Positions 1 to 14,500 of a stretch of 64,000 nt of DNA are shown here, in pieces. The position numbers and the translations under genes were made by a program. The DNA is from Eledone cirrhosa. Lineage: Eukaryota. Each line of letters opens with the position of its first letter. Position 1 is the first letter of the stretch. A model generated the notes under the pieces. It was not told where the DNA came from, ran no database searches, and was given only the letters and a program-made list of their open reading frames with translations. The DNA is taken from contig OZ024741.1 of NCBI GenBank assembly GCA_964016885.1, positions 1,984,001 to 2,048,000 of the forward strand, in the 5' to 3' direction.

Positions 1-3000
1 CACTCTCGTAGTGTTATCTCTGTTGTATATATCACTGTCGCAGTGTTATCTCTGTTGTATATACCACTGTCGTAGTATTATCTCTGTTGTATATACCACT
101 GTCATAATATTATCTCTGTTGTATAAACCACTGTCTTAATGTTATCTCTGTTGTATATACCACTGTCGTACTGTTATCTCTGTTGTTTATACCACTGTCT
201 TAATGTTATATTTGATGTATATACCACTGTCTTAATATTATATCTTTTGTATCTACCACTGTCTTAGTGTTATCGCCGTTGTATATACCACTGTCTTAAT
301 GTTATCTCTGTTGTATATACCACGGTCGTAGTGTTATCTCTGTTGTATATACCACTGTCTTAATGTAATCTCTGTTGTATATACGACTGTCTTAATGTTA
401 TCTCTGTTGCATATATCACTCTCGTAGTGTCATCTCTGTTGTATATACCACTGTCTTAGTTTTATCTCTATCGTATATACGACTGTCTTAATGTTATCTC
501 TATTGTAGATATGCCTGTCGTATATTCCACTGTCGTATTGTTATCTCTGTTGCATATACCACTCTCGTAGTGTTATCTCTGTTGTATATATCACTGTCGC
601 AGTGTTATCTCTGTTGTATATACCACTGTCGTAGTGTTATCTCTGTTATATATACTACTGTCATAATATTAATCTCTGTTGTATAAACCACTGTCTTAAT
701 GTTATCTCTGTTGTATATACCACTGTCGTACTGTTATCTCTGTTGTATATACCACTGTTGTAGTGTTATCTCTGTTGTATATACCACTGTCTTAATGTTA
801 TATTTGATGTATATACCACTGTCTTAATGTTATCTCTGTTGTATATACCACTGTCGTACTGTTATCTCTGTTGTTTATACCACTGTCTTAATGTTATATT
901 TTATGTATATACCACTGTCTTAATATTATATCTTTTGTATCTACCACTGTCTTAGTGTTATCGCTGTTGTATATACCACTGTCGTACTGTTATCTCTGTT
1001 GTATATACCACTGTTGTAGTGTTATCTCTGTTGTATATATCACGGTCGTAGTGTTATCTCTGTTGTATATACCACTGTCTTAATGTTATCTTTGTTGTAT
1101 ATACCACTGTCTTAATGTTATCTCTGTTGTATATACCACTGTCTTAGTTTTATCTCTATTGTATATACGACTGTCTCAATGTTATCTCTATTGTAGATAT
1201 CCCTGTTGTATATTCCACTGTCGTATTGTTATCTCTGTTGTATATACCACTGTCTTAGTGTTATCTCTGTTGTATATACCACTCTCGTGGTGTTATCTCT
1301 GTTGTATATATCACTGTCGCAGTGTTAAGTCTGTTGTATATACCACTGTCGTAGTCTTATCTCTGTTGTATATACCACTGTCATAATGTTATCTCTGTTG
1401 TATAAACCACTGTCTTGATGTTATCTATGTTGTATATACCACTGTCGTACTGTTATCTCTGTTGTATATACCACTGTCGTAGGGTTATCTCTGTTGTATA
1501 TACCACTGTCCTAGTGTTATCTCTGTTGTATATACCACTGTCTTAATGTTATCTCTGTTGTATATACCTCTGTTGTATATACCACTGTCGTAGTGTTATC
1601 TCTGTTGCATATACCACTGTCGTAGTATTATCCCTGTTGTATATATCACTGTCGTAGTGTTACGTCTGTTGTATATACCACTGTCTTAATGTTATCTCTG
1701 TTGTATATACCTCTGTCTTAGTGTTATCTCTGCTGTATATACCACTGTCTTAACGTTATCTCTGTTGTATATACCACTGTCTTAATGTTATGTCTGTTGT
1801 ACATAGCACTGTCTTACAGTTATCTCTGTTGTATATACCACAGTACTAGAGTTATCTCTGTTGTATATACCACTGTCGTAGTGTTTTCTCTGTTCTATAT
1901 AGCACTGTCTTACAGTTATCTCTGTTGTATATAGCACAGTCTTAGTGTTATCTATGTTGTATATACCACTGTCTTATTGTTTTCTCTGCTGCATATATCA
2001 CTCTCATAGTGTTATCTCTGTTGTATATACCACTGTCTTAGTTTTATCTCTATTGTATATACGACTGTCTTAATGTTATCTCTATTGTAGATATCCCTGT
2101 TGTATATTCCACTGTCGTATTGTTATCTCTGTTGTATATACCACTGTGTTAGTGTTATCTCTGTTGTATATACCACTCTCGTAGTGTTAACTCTGTTGTA
2201 TATATCACTGTCGCAGTGTTATCTCTGTTGTATATACCACTGTCGTAGTGTTATCTCTGTTGTATATACCACTGTCATAATGTTATCTCTGTTGTATAAA
2301 CCACCGTCTTAATCTTATCTATGTTGTATATACCACTGTCGTACTGTTATCTCTGTTGTATATACCACTGTCGAAGTGTTATCTCTGTTGTATATACCAC
2401 TGTCTTAGTGTTATCTCTGTTGTATATACCACTGTCTTACTGTTGTCTCTGTTGTATATACCACTGTCTTAGTGTTATCTCTGTTGTATATACAAACTGT
2501 CGTAGGGTTATCTCTGTTGTATATACCACTGTCTTAATGTTATCTCTGTTGTATATACCACTGTCTAAGTGTTATCTCTGTTGTATATACCACTGTCGTA
2601 CTGTTATCTCTGTTGTATATAACACTGTCGTAGTGTTATCTCTGTTGTATATACCACTGTCTTAATGTTATATTTGATGTATATGCCACTGTCTTAATGT
2701 TATCTCTGTTGTATATACCACTGTCTTAGTGTTATCTCTGTTGTATATACCACTGTCTTAATGTTATCTCTGTTGTATATACCACGCTCGTAGTGTTATC
2801 TCTGTTGTATATACCACTGTCTTAATGTTATCTCTGTTGTATATACCACTGTCTTAATGTTATCTCTGTTGTATATACCACTGTCTTAGTATTATCTCTA
2901 TTGTATATACGACTGTCTCAATGTTATCTCTATTGTAGATAACCCTGTCGTATATTCCATTGCCGTATTGTTATCTCTGCTGTATATACCACTGTCTTAG

Positions 3001-6000
3001 TGTTATCTCTGTTGCATATACCACTCTCGTAGTGTTATCTCTGTTGTATATATCACTGTCGCAGTGTTAAGTCTGTTGTATATACCACTGTCGTAGTCTT
3101 ATCTCTGTTGTATATACCACTGTCATAATGTTATCTCTGTTGTATAAACCACTGTCTTGATGTTATCTATGTTGTATATACCACTGTCGTACAGTTATTT
3201 CTGTTGTATATACCACTGTCGTAGGGTTATCTCAGTTGTATATACCACTGTCCTAGTGTTATCTTTGTTGTATATACCACTGTCTTAATGTTATCTCTGT
3301 TGCATATACCACTGTCTTAATGTTATCTCTGTTGTATATACCCCTGTCTTAGTTTTATCTCTAATGTATATACGACTGTCTCAATGTCATCTCTATTGTA
3401 GATATCCCTGTTGTATATACCACTGTCATAATGTTATCTCTGTTGTACATAGCACTGTCTTACAGTTATCTCTGTTGTATATACCACAGTACTACAGTTA
3501 TCTCTGTTGTATATACCACTGTCGTAGTGTTTTCTCTGTTCTATATAGCACTGTCTTACAGTTATCTCTGTTGTATATAGCACAGTCTTAGTGTTATCTA
3601 TGTTGTATATACCACTGTCTTATTGTTTTCTCTGCTGCATATATCACTCTCGTAGTGTTATCTCTGTTGTATATACCACTGTCTTAGTTTTATCTCTATT
3701 GTATATACGACTGTCTTAATGTTATCTCTATTGTAGATATCCCTGTTGTATATTCCACTGTCGTATTGTTATCTCTGTTGTATATACCACTGTGTTAGTG
3801 TTATCTCTGTTGTATATACCACTCTCGTAGTGTTAACTCTGTTGTATATATCACTGTCGCAGTGTTATCTCTGTTGTATATACCACTGTCGTAGTGTTAT
3901 CTCTGTTGTATATACCACTGTCATAATGTTATCTCTGTTGTATAAACCACCGTCTTAATCTTATCTATGTTGTATATACCACTTTCGTACTGTTATCTCT
4001 GTTGTATATACCACTGTCGAAGTGTTATCTCTGTTGTATATACCACTGTCTTGGTGTTATCTCTGTTGTATATACCACTGTCTTACTGTTGTCTCTGTTG
4101 TATATACCACTGTCTTAGTGTTATCTCTGCTGTATATACAAACTGTCGTAGGGTTATCTCTGTTGTATATACCACTGTCTTAATGTTATCTCTGTTGTAT
4201 ATACCACTGTCTAAGTGTTATCTCTGTTGTATATACCACTGTCGTACTGTTATCTCTGTTGTATATAACACTGTCGTAGTGTTATCTCTGTTGTATATAC
4301 CACTGTCTTAATGTTATATTTGATGTATATACCACTGTCTTAATGTTATCTCTGTTGTATATACCACTGTCTTAGTGTTATCTCTGTTGTATATACCACT
4401 GTCTTAATGTTATCTCTGTTGTATATACCACGCTCGTAGTGTTATCTCTGTTGTATATACCACTGTCTTAATGTTATCTCTGTTGTATATACCACTGTCT
4501 TAATGTTATCTCTGTTGTATATACCACTGTCTTAGTTTTATCTCTATTATATATACGACTGTCTCAATGTTATCTCTATTGTAGATAACCCTGTCGTATA
4601 TTCCATTGTCGTATTGTTATCTCTGCTGTATATACCACTGTCTTAGTGTTATCTCTGTTGCATATACCACTCTCGTAGTGTTATCTCTGTTGTATATATA
4701 ACTGTCGCAGTGTTAAGTCTGTTGTATATACCACTGTCGTAGTCTTATCTCTGTTGTATATACCACTGTCATAATGTTATCTCTGTTGTATAAACCACTG
4801 TCTTGATGTTATCTATGTTGTATATACCACTGTCGTACAGTTATTTCTGTTGTATATACCACTGTCGTAGGGTTATCTCAGTTGTATATACCACTGTCCT
4901 AGTGTTATCTCTGTTGTATATACCACTGTCTTAATGTTATCTCTGTTGTATATACCACTGTCTTAATGTTATCTCTGTTGTATATACAACTGTCTTAGTT
5001 TTATCTCTAATGTATATACGACTGTCTCAATGTCATCTCTATTGTAGATATCCCTGTTGTATATACCACTGTCATAATGTTATCTCTGTTGTATAAACCA
5101 CTGTCTTGATGTTATCTATGTTGTATATACCACTGTCGTACTGTTATCTCTGTTGTATATACCACTGTCGTAGGGTTATCTCTGTTGTATATACCACTGT
5201 CCTAGTGTTATCTCTGTTGTATATACCACAGTCTTAATGTTATCTCTGTTGTATATACCTCTGTTTTATATACCACTGTCGTAGTGTTATCTCTGTTGCA
5301 TATACCACTGTCGTAGTATTATCCCTGTTGTATATATCACTGTCGTAGTGTTACGTCTGTTGTATATACCACTGTCTTAATGTTATCTCTGTTGTATATA
5401 CCACTGTCTTAATGTTATCTCTGTTGTATATACCACTGTCTTAGTTTTATCTCTATTATATATACGACTGTCTCAATGTTATCTCTATTGTAGATAACCC
5501 TGTCGTATATTCCATTGTCGTATTGTTATCTCTGCTGTATATACCACTGTCTTAGTGTTATCTCTGTTGCATATACCACTCTCGTAGTGTTATCTCTGTT
5601 GTATATATAACTGTCGCAGTGTTAAGTCTGTTGTATATACCACTGTCGTAGTCTTATCTCTGTTGTATATACCACTGTCATAATGTTATCTCTGTTGTAT
5701 AAACCACTGTCTTGATGTTATCTATGTTGTATATACCACTGTCGTACAGTTATTTCTGTTGTATATACCACTGTCGTAGGGTTATCTCAGTTGTATATAC
5801 CACTGTCCTAGTGTTATCTCTGTTGTATATACCACTGTCTTAATGTTATCTCTGTTGTATATACCACTGTCTTAATGTTATCTCTGTTGTATATACAACT
5901 GTCTTAGTTTTATCTCTAATGTATATACGACTGTCTCAATGTCATCTCTATTGTAGATATCCCTGTTGTATATACCACTGTCATAATGTTATCTCTGTTG

Positions 6001-9000
6001 TATAAACCACTGTCTTGATGTTATCTATGTTGTATATACCACTGTCGTACTGTTATCTCTGTTGTATATACCACTGTCGTAGGGTTATCTCTGTTGTATA
6101 TACCACTGTCCTAGTGTTATCTCTGTTGTATATACCACAGTCTTAATGTTATCTCTGTTGTATATACCTCTGTTGTATATACCACTGTCGTAGTGTTATC
6201 TCTGTTGCATATACCACTGTCGTAGTATTATCCCTGTTGTATATATCACTGTCGTAGTGTTACGTCTGTTGTATATACCACTGTCTTAATGTTATCTCTG
6301 TTGTATATACCTCTGTCTTATTGTTATCTCTGCTGCATATATCACTCTCGTAGTGTTATCTCTGTTGTATATACCACTGTCTTAGTTTTATCTCTATTGT
6401 ATATACGACTGTCTTAATGTTATCTCTATTGTAGATATCCCTGTTGTATATTCCACTGTCGTATTGTTATCTCTGTTGTATATACCACTGTCTTAGTGTT
6501 ATCTCTGTTGTATATACCACTCTCGTAGTGTTAACTCTGTTATATATATCACTGTCGCAGTGTTATCTCTGTTGTATATACCACTGTCGTAGTGTTATCT
6601 CTGTTGTATATACCACTGTCATAATGTTATCTCTGTTGTATAAACCACCGTCTTAATGTTATCTATGTTGTATATACCACTGTCGTACTGTTATCTCTGT
6701 TGTATATACCACTGTCGAAGTGTTATCTCTGTTGTATATACCACTGTCTTAGTGTTATCTCTGTTGTATATACCACTGTCTTACTTTTGTCTCTGTTGTA
6801 TATACCACTGTCTTAGTGTTATCTCAGTTGTATATACAAACTGTCGTAGGGTTATCTCTGTTGTATATACCACTGTCTTAATGTTATCTCTGTTGTATAT
6901 ACCACTGTCTAAGTGTTATCTCTGTTGTATATACCACTATCGTAATCTTATCTCTCTTTTATATACCACTGCCTTAATCTTAACTCTGTTGAATACACAC
7001 TGTCTTATTGTTATCTCTGTTGTATATACCACTGTCTTAGTGTTATCTCTGTTGTATATACCACTATCTTACTGTTATCTCTGTTGTATATACCACTGTC
7101 TTAGTGTTATCTCTGTTGTATATACAAACTGTCGTAGGGTTATCTATGTTGTATATACCACTGTCCTAGTGTTATCTCTGTTGTATATTTCACTGTGTTA
7201 GTGTTATCACTGTTGTATATAACTCTGTTGTATATACAACTGGCGTAGTGTTATCTCTGTTGTATATACCTCTGTCTTAGTGTTGTCTCTGTTGTACATA
7301 CCACAGTAGTAGAGTTATCTCTGTTGTATATATCGCTGTCTTAATGTTAACTGTGTTGTATATATCACTGTTCTATATACCACTATCATAGTGTTATCTC
7401 TGTTATATATACCACTGCCATAGTGTTATCTCTGTTGTAGATACCACTCTCGTAGTATTATCTCTGTTGTATATACCACTGACGTAGTGTTATCTCTGTT
7501 GTATATACCACTGTCTTAATATTATCTCTGTTGCATATATCTCTGTCTTAATCTTATCTCTGTTGTATATACCACTGTCTTAATATTATCTCTGTTGTAT
7601 ATACCACAGTCTTAGTGTCATCTCTGTTGTATATACCACTGTCTAAATGTTACCTCTGTTGTATATTCCACTGTCGTAGTGTTATCTCTGTTGAATATAC
7701 CACAATATTAATGTTTTCTCTGTTGTACATACCACTGGTGTAGTGTTATCTGTTTGTATATATCTCTCTTTTATATATCACTGTCTTAATCTTATCTCTA
7801 TTGTATATACCACTGTCGTAGTGTTATCTCTGCTGTATATATCACTGTCTTTTCTTATCTCTGTTGTATATACCACTGTCGTATTGTTATCTCTGTTGTA
7901 TATACCACTGTCGTTGTGTTATCACTGTTGTATATACCACTTTCTTAATGTTATCTCTGTTGTATATACCACTGTCGTAGTGTTATCTCTGTTGTATATA
8001 TACCAATGTCTTAATGTTAAATTAGTTGTATATACCACTTGCTAAATGTTATCTCTGTTGTATATACCACTGTCGTACTGTTATCTCTGTTGTATATACC
8101 AATGTCTTAATGTTATATCTGTTGTATATACCACTGTCGTAGTGTTGTCACTGTTCTATATAGCACTCTCTTACAATTATCTCTGTTGTATATACCACAG
8201 TAATAGAGTTATCTCTGTTGTATATACCACAGTCTTAGTGTTATCTCTGTTATATATACCACTGCCGTAGTGTTATCACTGTTGTAGATACCACTCACGT
8301 AGAGTTATCTCTGTTGTATATACCACTGTCTTAATATTATCTCTGTTGCATATATTACTGTCGCAGTGTTATATCTGTTGTATATACCACTGTCATAATG
8401 TTATCTCTGTTGTATAAACCACTGTCTTAATGTTATCCCTGTTGTATATACTACTGTCGTACTGTTATCTCTGTTGTATATACCACTGTCGTAGTGTTAT
8501 CTCTGTTGTATATACCACTGTCTTAATGTTATGTTTGATGTATATACAAACTGTCGTAGGGTTATCTCTGTTGTATATACCACTGTCCTAGTGTTATCTC
8601 TGTTGTATATATCACTGTCTTAGTGTTATCTCTGTTGTGTATAACACTGTCTTAAAGTTATCTCTGTTATATATAGCTCTGTTGTATATACCACTGTCTT
8701 AGTGTTATCTCTGTTGTATATACCACTCTCGTAGTGTTAACTCTGTTATATATATCACTGTCGCAGTGTTATCTCTGTTGTATATACCACTGTCGTAGTG
8801 TTATCTCTGTTGTATATACCACTGTCATAATGTTATCTCTGTTGTATAAACCACCGTCTTAATGTTATCTATGTTGTATATACCACTGTCGTACTGTTAT
8901 CTCTGTTGTATATACCACTGTCGAAGTGTTATCTCTGTTGTATATACCATTGTCTTAGTGTTATCTCTGTTGTATATACCACTGTCTTACTTTTGTCTCT

Positions 9001-11112
9001 GTTGTATATACCACTGTCTTAGTGTTATCTCAGTTGTATATACAAACTGTCGTAGGGTTATCTCTGTTGTATATACCACTGTCTTAATGTTATCTCTGTT
9101 GTATATACCACTGTCTAAGTGTTATCTCTGTTGTATATACCACTATCGTAATCTTATCTCTCTTTTATATACCACTGCCTTAATCTTAACTCTGTTGAAT
9201 ACACACTGTCTTATTGTTATCTCTGTTGTATATACCACTGTCTTAGTGTTATCTCTGTTGTATATACCACTATCTTACTGTTATCTCTGTTGTATATACC
9301 ACTGTCTTAGTGTTATCTCTGTTGTATATACAAACTGTCGTAGGGTTATCTATGTTGTATATACCACTGTCCTAGTGTTATCTCTGTTGTATATTTCACT
9401 GTGTTAGTGTTATCACTGTTGTATATAACTCTGTTGTATATACCACTGGCGTAGTGTTATCTCTGTTGTATATACCTCTGTCTTAGTGTTGTCTCTGTTG
9501 TACATACCACAGTAGTAGAGTTATCTCTGTTGTATATATCACTGTCTTAATGTTAACTGTGTTGTATATATCACTGTTCTATATACCACTATCATAGTGT
9601 TATCTCTGTTATATATACCACTGCCATAGTGTTATCTCTGTTGTAGATACCACTCTCGTAGTATTATCTCTGTTGTATATACCACTGACGTAGTGTTATC
9701 TCTGTTGTATATACCACTGTCTTAATATTATCTCTGTTGCATATATCTCTGTCTTAATCTTATCTCTGTTGTATATACCACTGTCTTAATATTATCTCTG
9801 TTGTATATACCACAGTCTTAGTGTCATCTCTGTTGTATATACCACTGTCTTAATGTTACCTCTGTTGTATATTCCACTGTCGTAGTGTTATCTCTGTTGA
9901 ATATACCACAATATTAATGTTTTCTCTGTTGTACATACCACTGGTGTAGTGTTATCTGTTTGTATATATCTCTCTTTTATATATCACTGTCTTAATCTTA
10001 TCTCTATTGTATATACCACTGTCGTAGTGTTATCTCTGCTGTATATATCACTGTCTTTTCTTATCTCTGTTGTATATACCACTGTCGTATTGTTATCTCT
10101 GTTGTATATACCACTGTCGTTGTGTTATCTCTGTTGTATATACCACTTTCTTAATGTTATCTCTGTTGTATATACCACTGTCGTAGTGTTATCACTGTTG
10201 TATATATACCAATGTCTTAATGTTAAATTAGTTGTATATACCACTTGCTAAATGTTATCTCTGTTGTATATACCACTGTCGTACTGTTATCTCTGTTGTA
10301 TATACCAATGTCTTAATGTTATATCTGTTGTATATACCACTGTCGTAGTGTTGTCACTGTTCTATATAGCACTGTCTTACAATTATCTCTGTTGTATATA
10401 CCACAGTAATAGAGTTATCTCTGTTGTATATACCACAGTCTTAGTGTTATCTCTGTTATATATACCACTGCCGTAGTGTTATCACTGTTGTAGATACCAC
10501 TCACGTAGAGTTATCTCTGTTGTATAAACCACTGTCTTAATGTTATCCCTGTTGTATATACTACTGTCGTACTGTTATCTCTGTTGTATATACCACTGTC
10601 GTAGTGTTATCTCTGTTGTATATACCAATGTCTTAATGTTATGTTTGATGTATATACAAACTGTCGTAGGGTTATCTCTGTTGTATATACCACTGTCCTC
10701 GTGTTATCTCTGTTGTATATATCACTGTCTTAGTGTTATCTCTGTTGTGTATAACACTGTCTTAAAGTTATCTCTGTTATATATAGCTCTGTTGTATATA
10801 CCACTGGCGTAGTGTTATCTCTGTTGTATATACCTCTGTCTTAGTGTTCTCTCTGTTGTATATACCACAGTAGTAGAGTTATCTCTGTTGTATATACCAC
10901 AGTCTTAGTGTTACCTCTGTTGTATATACCACTGTCTTAATGTTAACTGTGTTGTATATATCACTGTTGTATATACCATTATCTTAGTGTTATCTCTGTT
11001 ATATATACCACTGCCATAGTGTTAACTCTGTTGTAGATACCACTCTCGTAGTATTATCTCTGTTGTATATACCACTGACGTAGTGTTATCTCTGTTGTAT
11101 ATACCACTGTCT

Positions 11113-11179
11113 TAATATTATCTACTAATATCTATTAATATTATGTACTAATATTATCTACTAATATCTATTAATATTA
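11113..11179. repeat. AT-rich junction insertion: 31-bp direct repeat TAATATTATCTACTAATATCTATTAATATTA x2, separated by TGTAC
   Basis: Copies lie at 11113-11143 and 11149-11179, at the left breakpoint of the satellite inversion. Confidence 0.9.
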
Positions 11180-11557
11180 ACACTAAGACAGTGGTATATA
11201 CATCAGTGATAACACTAAGACAGTGGTATATACAACAGAGATAACATTGAGACAGTGGTATATACAACAGAGGTAAAACTAAGACAGTGGTATATACAAC
11301 AGAGATAACATTAAGACAGTGGTATATACAACAGAGATAACCCTACGACAGTTTGTATATACAACAGAGATAACACTAAGACAGTGGTATATACAACAGA
11401 GACAACAGTAAGACAGTGGTATATACAACAGAGATAACACTAAGACAGTGGTATATACAACAGAGATAACACTTCGACAGTGGTATATACAACAGAGATA
11501 ACAGTACGACAGTGGTATATACAACAGAGAAAACATTAAGACAGTGGTATATTCAAC
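11178..11557 (-). repeat. Inverted block (~12 units) of the 32-bp satellite
   Basis: The sequence switches to ACAGTGGTATATACAACAGAGATAAC (reverse complement of the unit) and returns to forward orientation at 11558. Confidence 0.97.
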
Positions 11558-14500
11558 GTAGTGTTATCTCTGTTGAATATACCACTGTCTTACTGTTTTC
11601 TCTGTTGTATATACCACTGTCTTAGTGTTAACTCTGTTGTATATACCACTGTCATGTTGTTATCTCTGTTGTATATACCAATGTCGTAGTATTATCTCTG
11701 TTGTATATACCACTGTCTTATTGTTATCTCTATTGTATATACCACTGTCTTAATGTTATCTCTGTTGTATATACCACTGTCGTAGTGTTATCTCGGTGTT
11801 CTCTATGTTGTATATACCACTGTCTTAATGTTATCTCTGTTGTATATAACAACCTCGTAGTATTATCCCTGTTGTATATACCACTATCGTAGTGTTATCT
11901 CTGTTGTATATACCACTGTCGTAGTGTTATCGCTGTTGTATATACCACAGTCTTAATGTTATCTCTGTTGTATATAACAATCTCGTATTGTTATCTCTGT
12001 TGTATATACCACTGTCCTAGTTTTATCCCTGTTGTATATACCACTGTCGTAGTGTTACCTCTGTTGTATATACCACTCTCTTAATGTTATCTCTGTTGTA
12101 TATATCTCTGTTGTATATACCACTATCTTAATGTTATCCATGTTGTATATACCACTTTCGTAGTGTTATCTCTGTTGTATATAACACTCTCTTAATGTTA
12201 CCTCTGTTGTATATACAACTGTCGTAGTGTTATCTCTGCTGTATATATCACTGTCTTATTCTTATCTCTCTTGTATATACGACTGTCGTAGTGTTATCTC
12301 TGTTGTTTATACCACTGTCTTAATGTTATCTCTGTTGTATATACCACTGTCGTAGTGCTATCTCTGTTGTATATACCACTGTCTTAATGTTATCTCTGTT
12401 GTATATACCACTGTCTTAATGTTATCTCTGTTGTATATACCACTGTCGTAGTGTAATTTCTGTTGTATATACCACTGTCTTCATGTTTTCTCTGTTGTAT
12501 GTACCACTGTCGTAGTGTTATCTCTGTTGTATATACCACTGTCTTAATGTTATATTTGTTGTATATACCACTGTCGTAGTGTTATCACTGTTGTATATAC
12601 CACTGTCGTAGTGTTATCTCTGTTCTATATACCACTGTCTTAATTTTATCTCTGTTGTATATACCACTGTCTTAATGTTGTTTCTGTTGTACATACCACT
12701 GTCGTAGTGTTATCTCTGTTGTTTATACCACTGTCTTAATGTTATCTCTGTTGTATATACCACTGTCGTAGTGTTATCTCAGTTGTTTATACCACTGTCT
12801 TAATGTTATCTCTGTTGTATATACCACTGTCGTAGTATTATCCCTGTTGTATATACCGCTGTCGAAATGTTATCTCTCTTTTATATACCACTCTCTTAAT
12901 ATTATCCCTGTTGTATATACGACTGTCTTAATGTTATCTCTGTTGTATATACCACTGTCGTAGTGTTATCTCTGTTGTATATATCTCTCTTTTATATACC
13001 ACTGTCTTACTCTTATCTCTGTTGTATATACCACTGTCTTAATGTTATCTCTGTTGTATATTCTACATTCTTAGAGTTATCTCTGTTATATTTACCACTG
13101 TCGTAATGTTATCTCTGTTGTATATAACAATCTCGTATTGTTATCTCTGTTGTATATACCACTGTCCTAGTTTTATCCCTGTTGTATATACCACTCTCTT
13201 AATGTTATCTCTGTTGTATATATCTCTGTTGTATATACCACTGTCTTAATGTTATCCATGTTGTATATACCACTTTCGTAGTGTTATCTCTGTTGTATAT
13301 AACACTCTCTTAATGTTACCTCTGTTGTATATACAACTGTCGTAGTGTTATCTCTGCTGTATATATCACTGTCTTATTCTTATCTCTGTTGTATATACGA
13401 CTGTCGTAGTGTTATCTCTGTTGTTTATACCACTGTCTTAATGTTATCTCTGTTGTATATACCACTGTCTTAGTGTTATCTGTGTTGTATATACCACTGT
13501 CGTAGTGTTATCTCTGTTGTATATACCACTGTCGTAGTGTTATCTCAGTTGTTTATACCACTGTCTTAATGTTATCTCTGTTGTATATACCACTGTCGTA
13601 GTATTATCCCTGTTGTATATACCGCTGTCGAAATGTTATCTCTCTTTTATATACCACTCTCTTAATATTATCCCTGTTGTATATACGGCTGTCTTAATGT
13701 TATCTCTGTTGTATATACCACTGTCGTAGTGTTATCTCTGTTGTATATATCTCTCTTTTATATACCACTGTCTTACTCTTATCTCTGTTGTATATACCAC
13801 TGTCTTAATCTCATCTCTGTTGTATAAACCACTGTCTTAATGTTATCTCTGTTGTATATTCTACATTCTTAGAGTTATCTCTGTTATATTTACCACTGTC
13901 GTAATGTTATCTCTGTTGTATATACCACTGTTGTAGTGTTATCTCTGTTGTATAAACCACTGTCTTAGTGTTATCTCTGTTGTATATACCACTGTTTGTA
14001 GTGTTATCTCTGTAGAGTAAACCACTGTCTTAATGTAACATTTGTTGTATATTCAACAGTATTAGTGTTATCACTGTAGTATACACCACTGTCTTAGTGT
14101 TATCTCTCTTGTATATACCACCGTCTTAATGTTATCTCTGTTGTATATACCACTGTCTTAATGTTATCTCTGTTGTAGATACCACTGTCTTAATGTTGTC
14201 TCTGTTGTATATATCTATGTTGTATATATCACTGTCTTAGTTTTATCTCTGTTGTATATACCACTGTCTTAATGTTATATTTGTTGTATATACCACTGTC
14301 GTAGTGTTATCACTGTTGTATATACCACTGTCGTAGTGTTATCTCTGTTCTATATACCACTGTCTTAATTTTATCTCTGTTGTATATACCACTGTCTTAA
14401 TGTTGTCTCTGTTGTACATACCACTGTCGTAGTGTTATCTCTGTTGTTTATACCACTGTCTTAATGTTATCTCTGTTGTATATACCACTGTCGTAGTGTT

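Noticed and set aside
1159-11892. Cys/Tyr/Val-rich ORFs (YCYLCCIYHC...)
   Set aside because: They are translations of the 32-bp unit cycling through three frames and break wherever TAA or TAG falls in frame.
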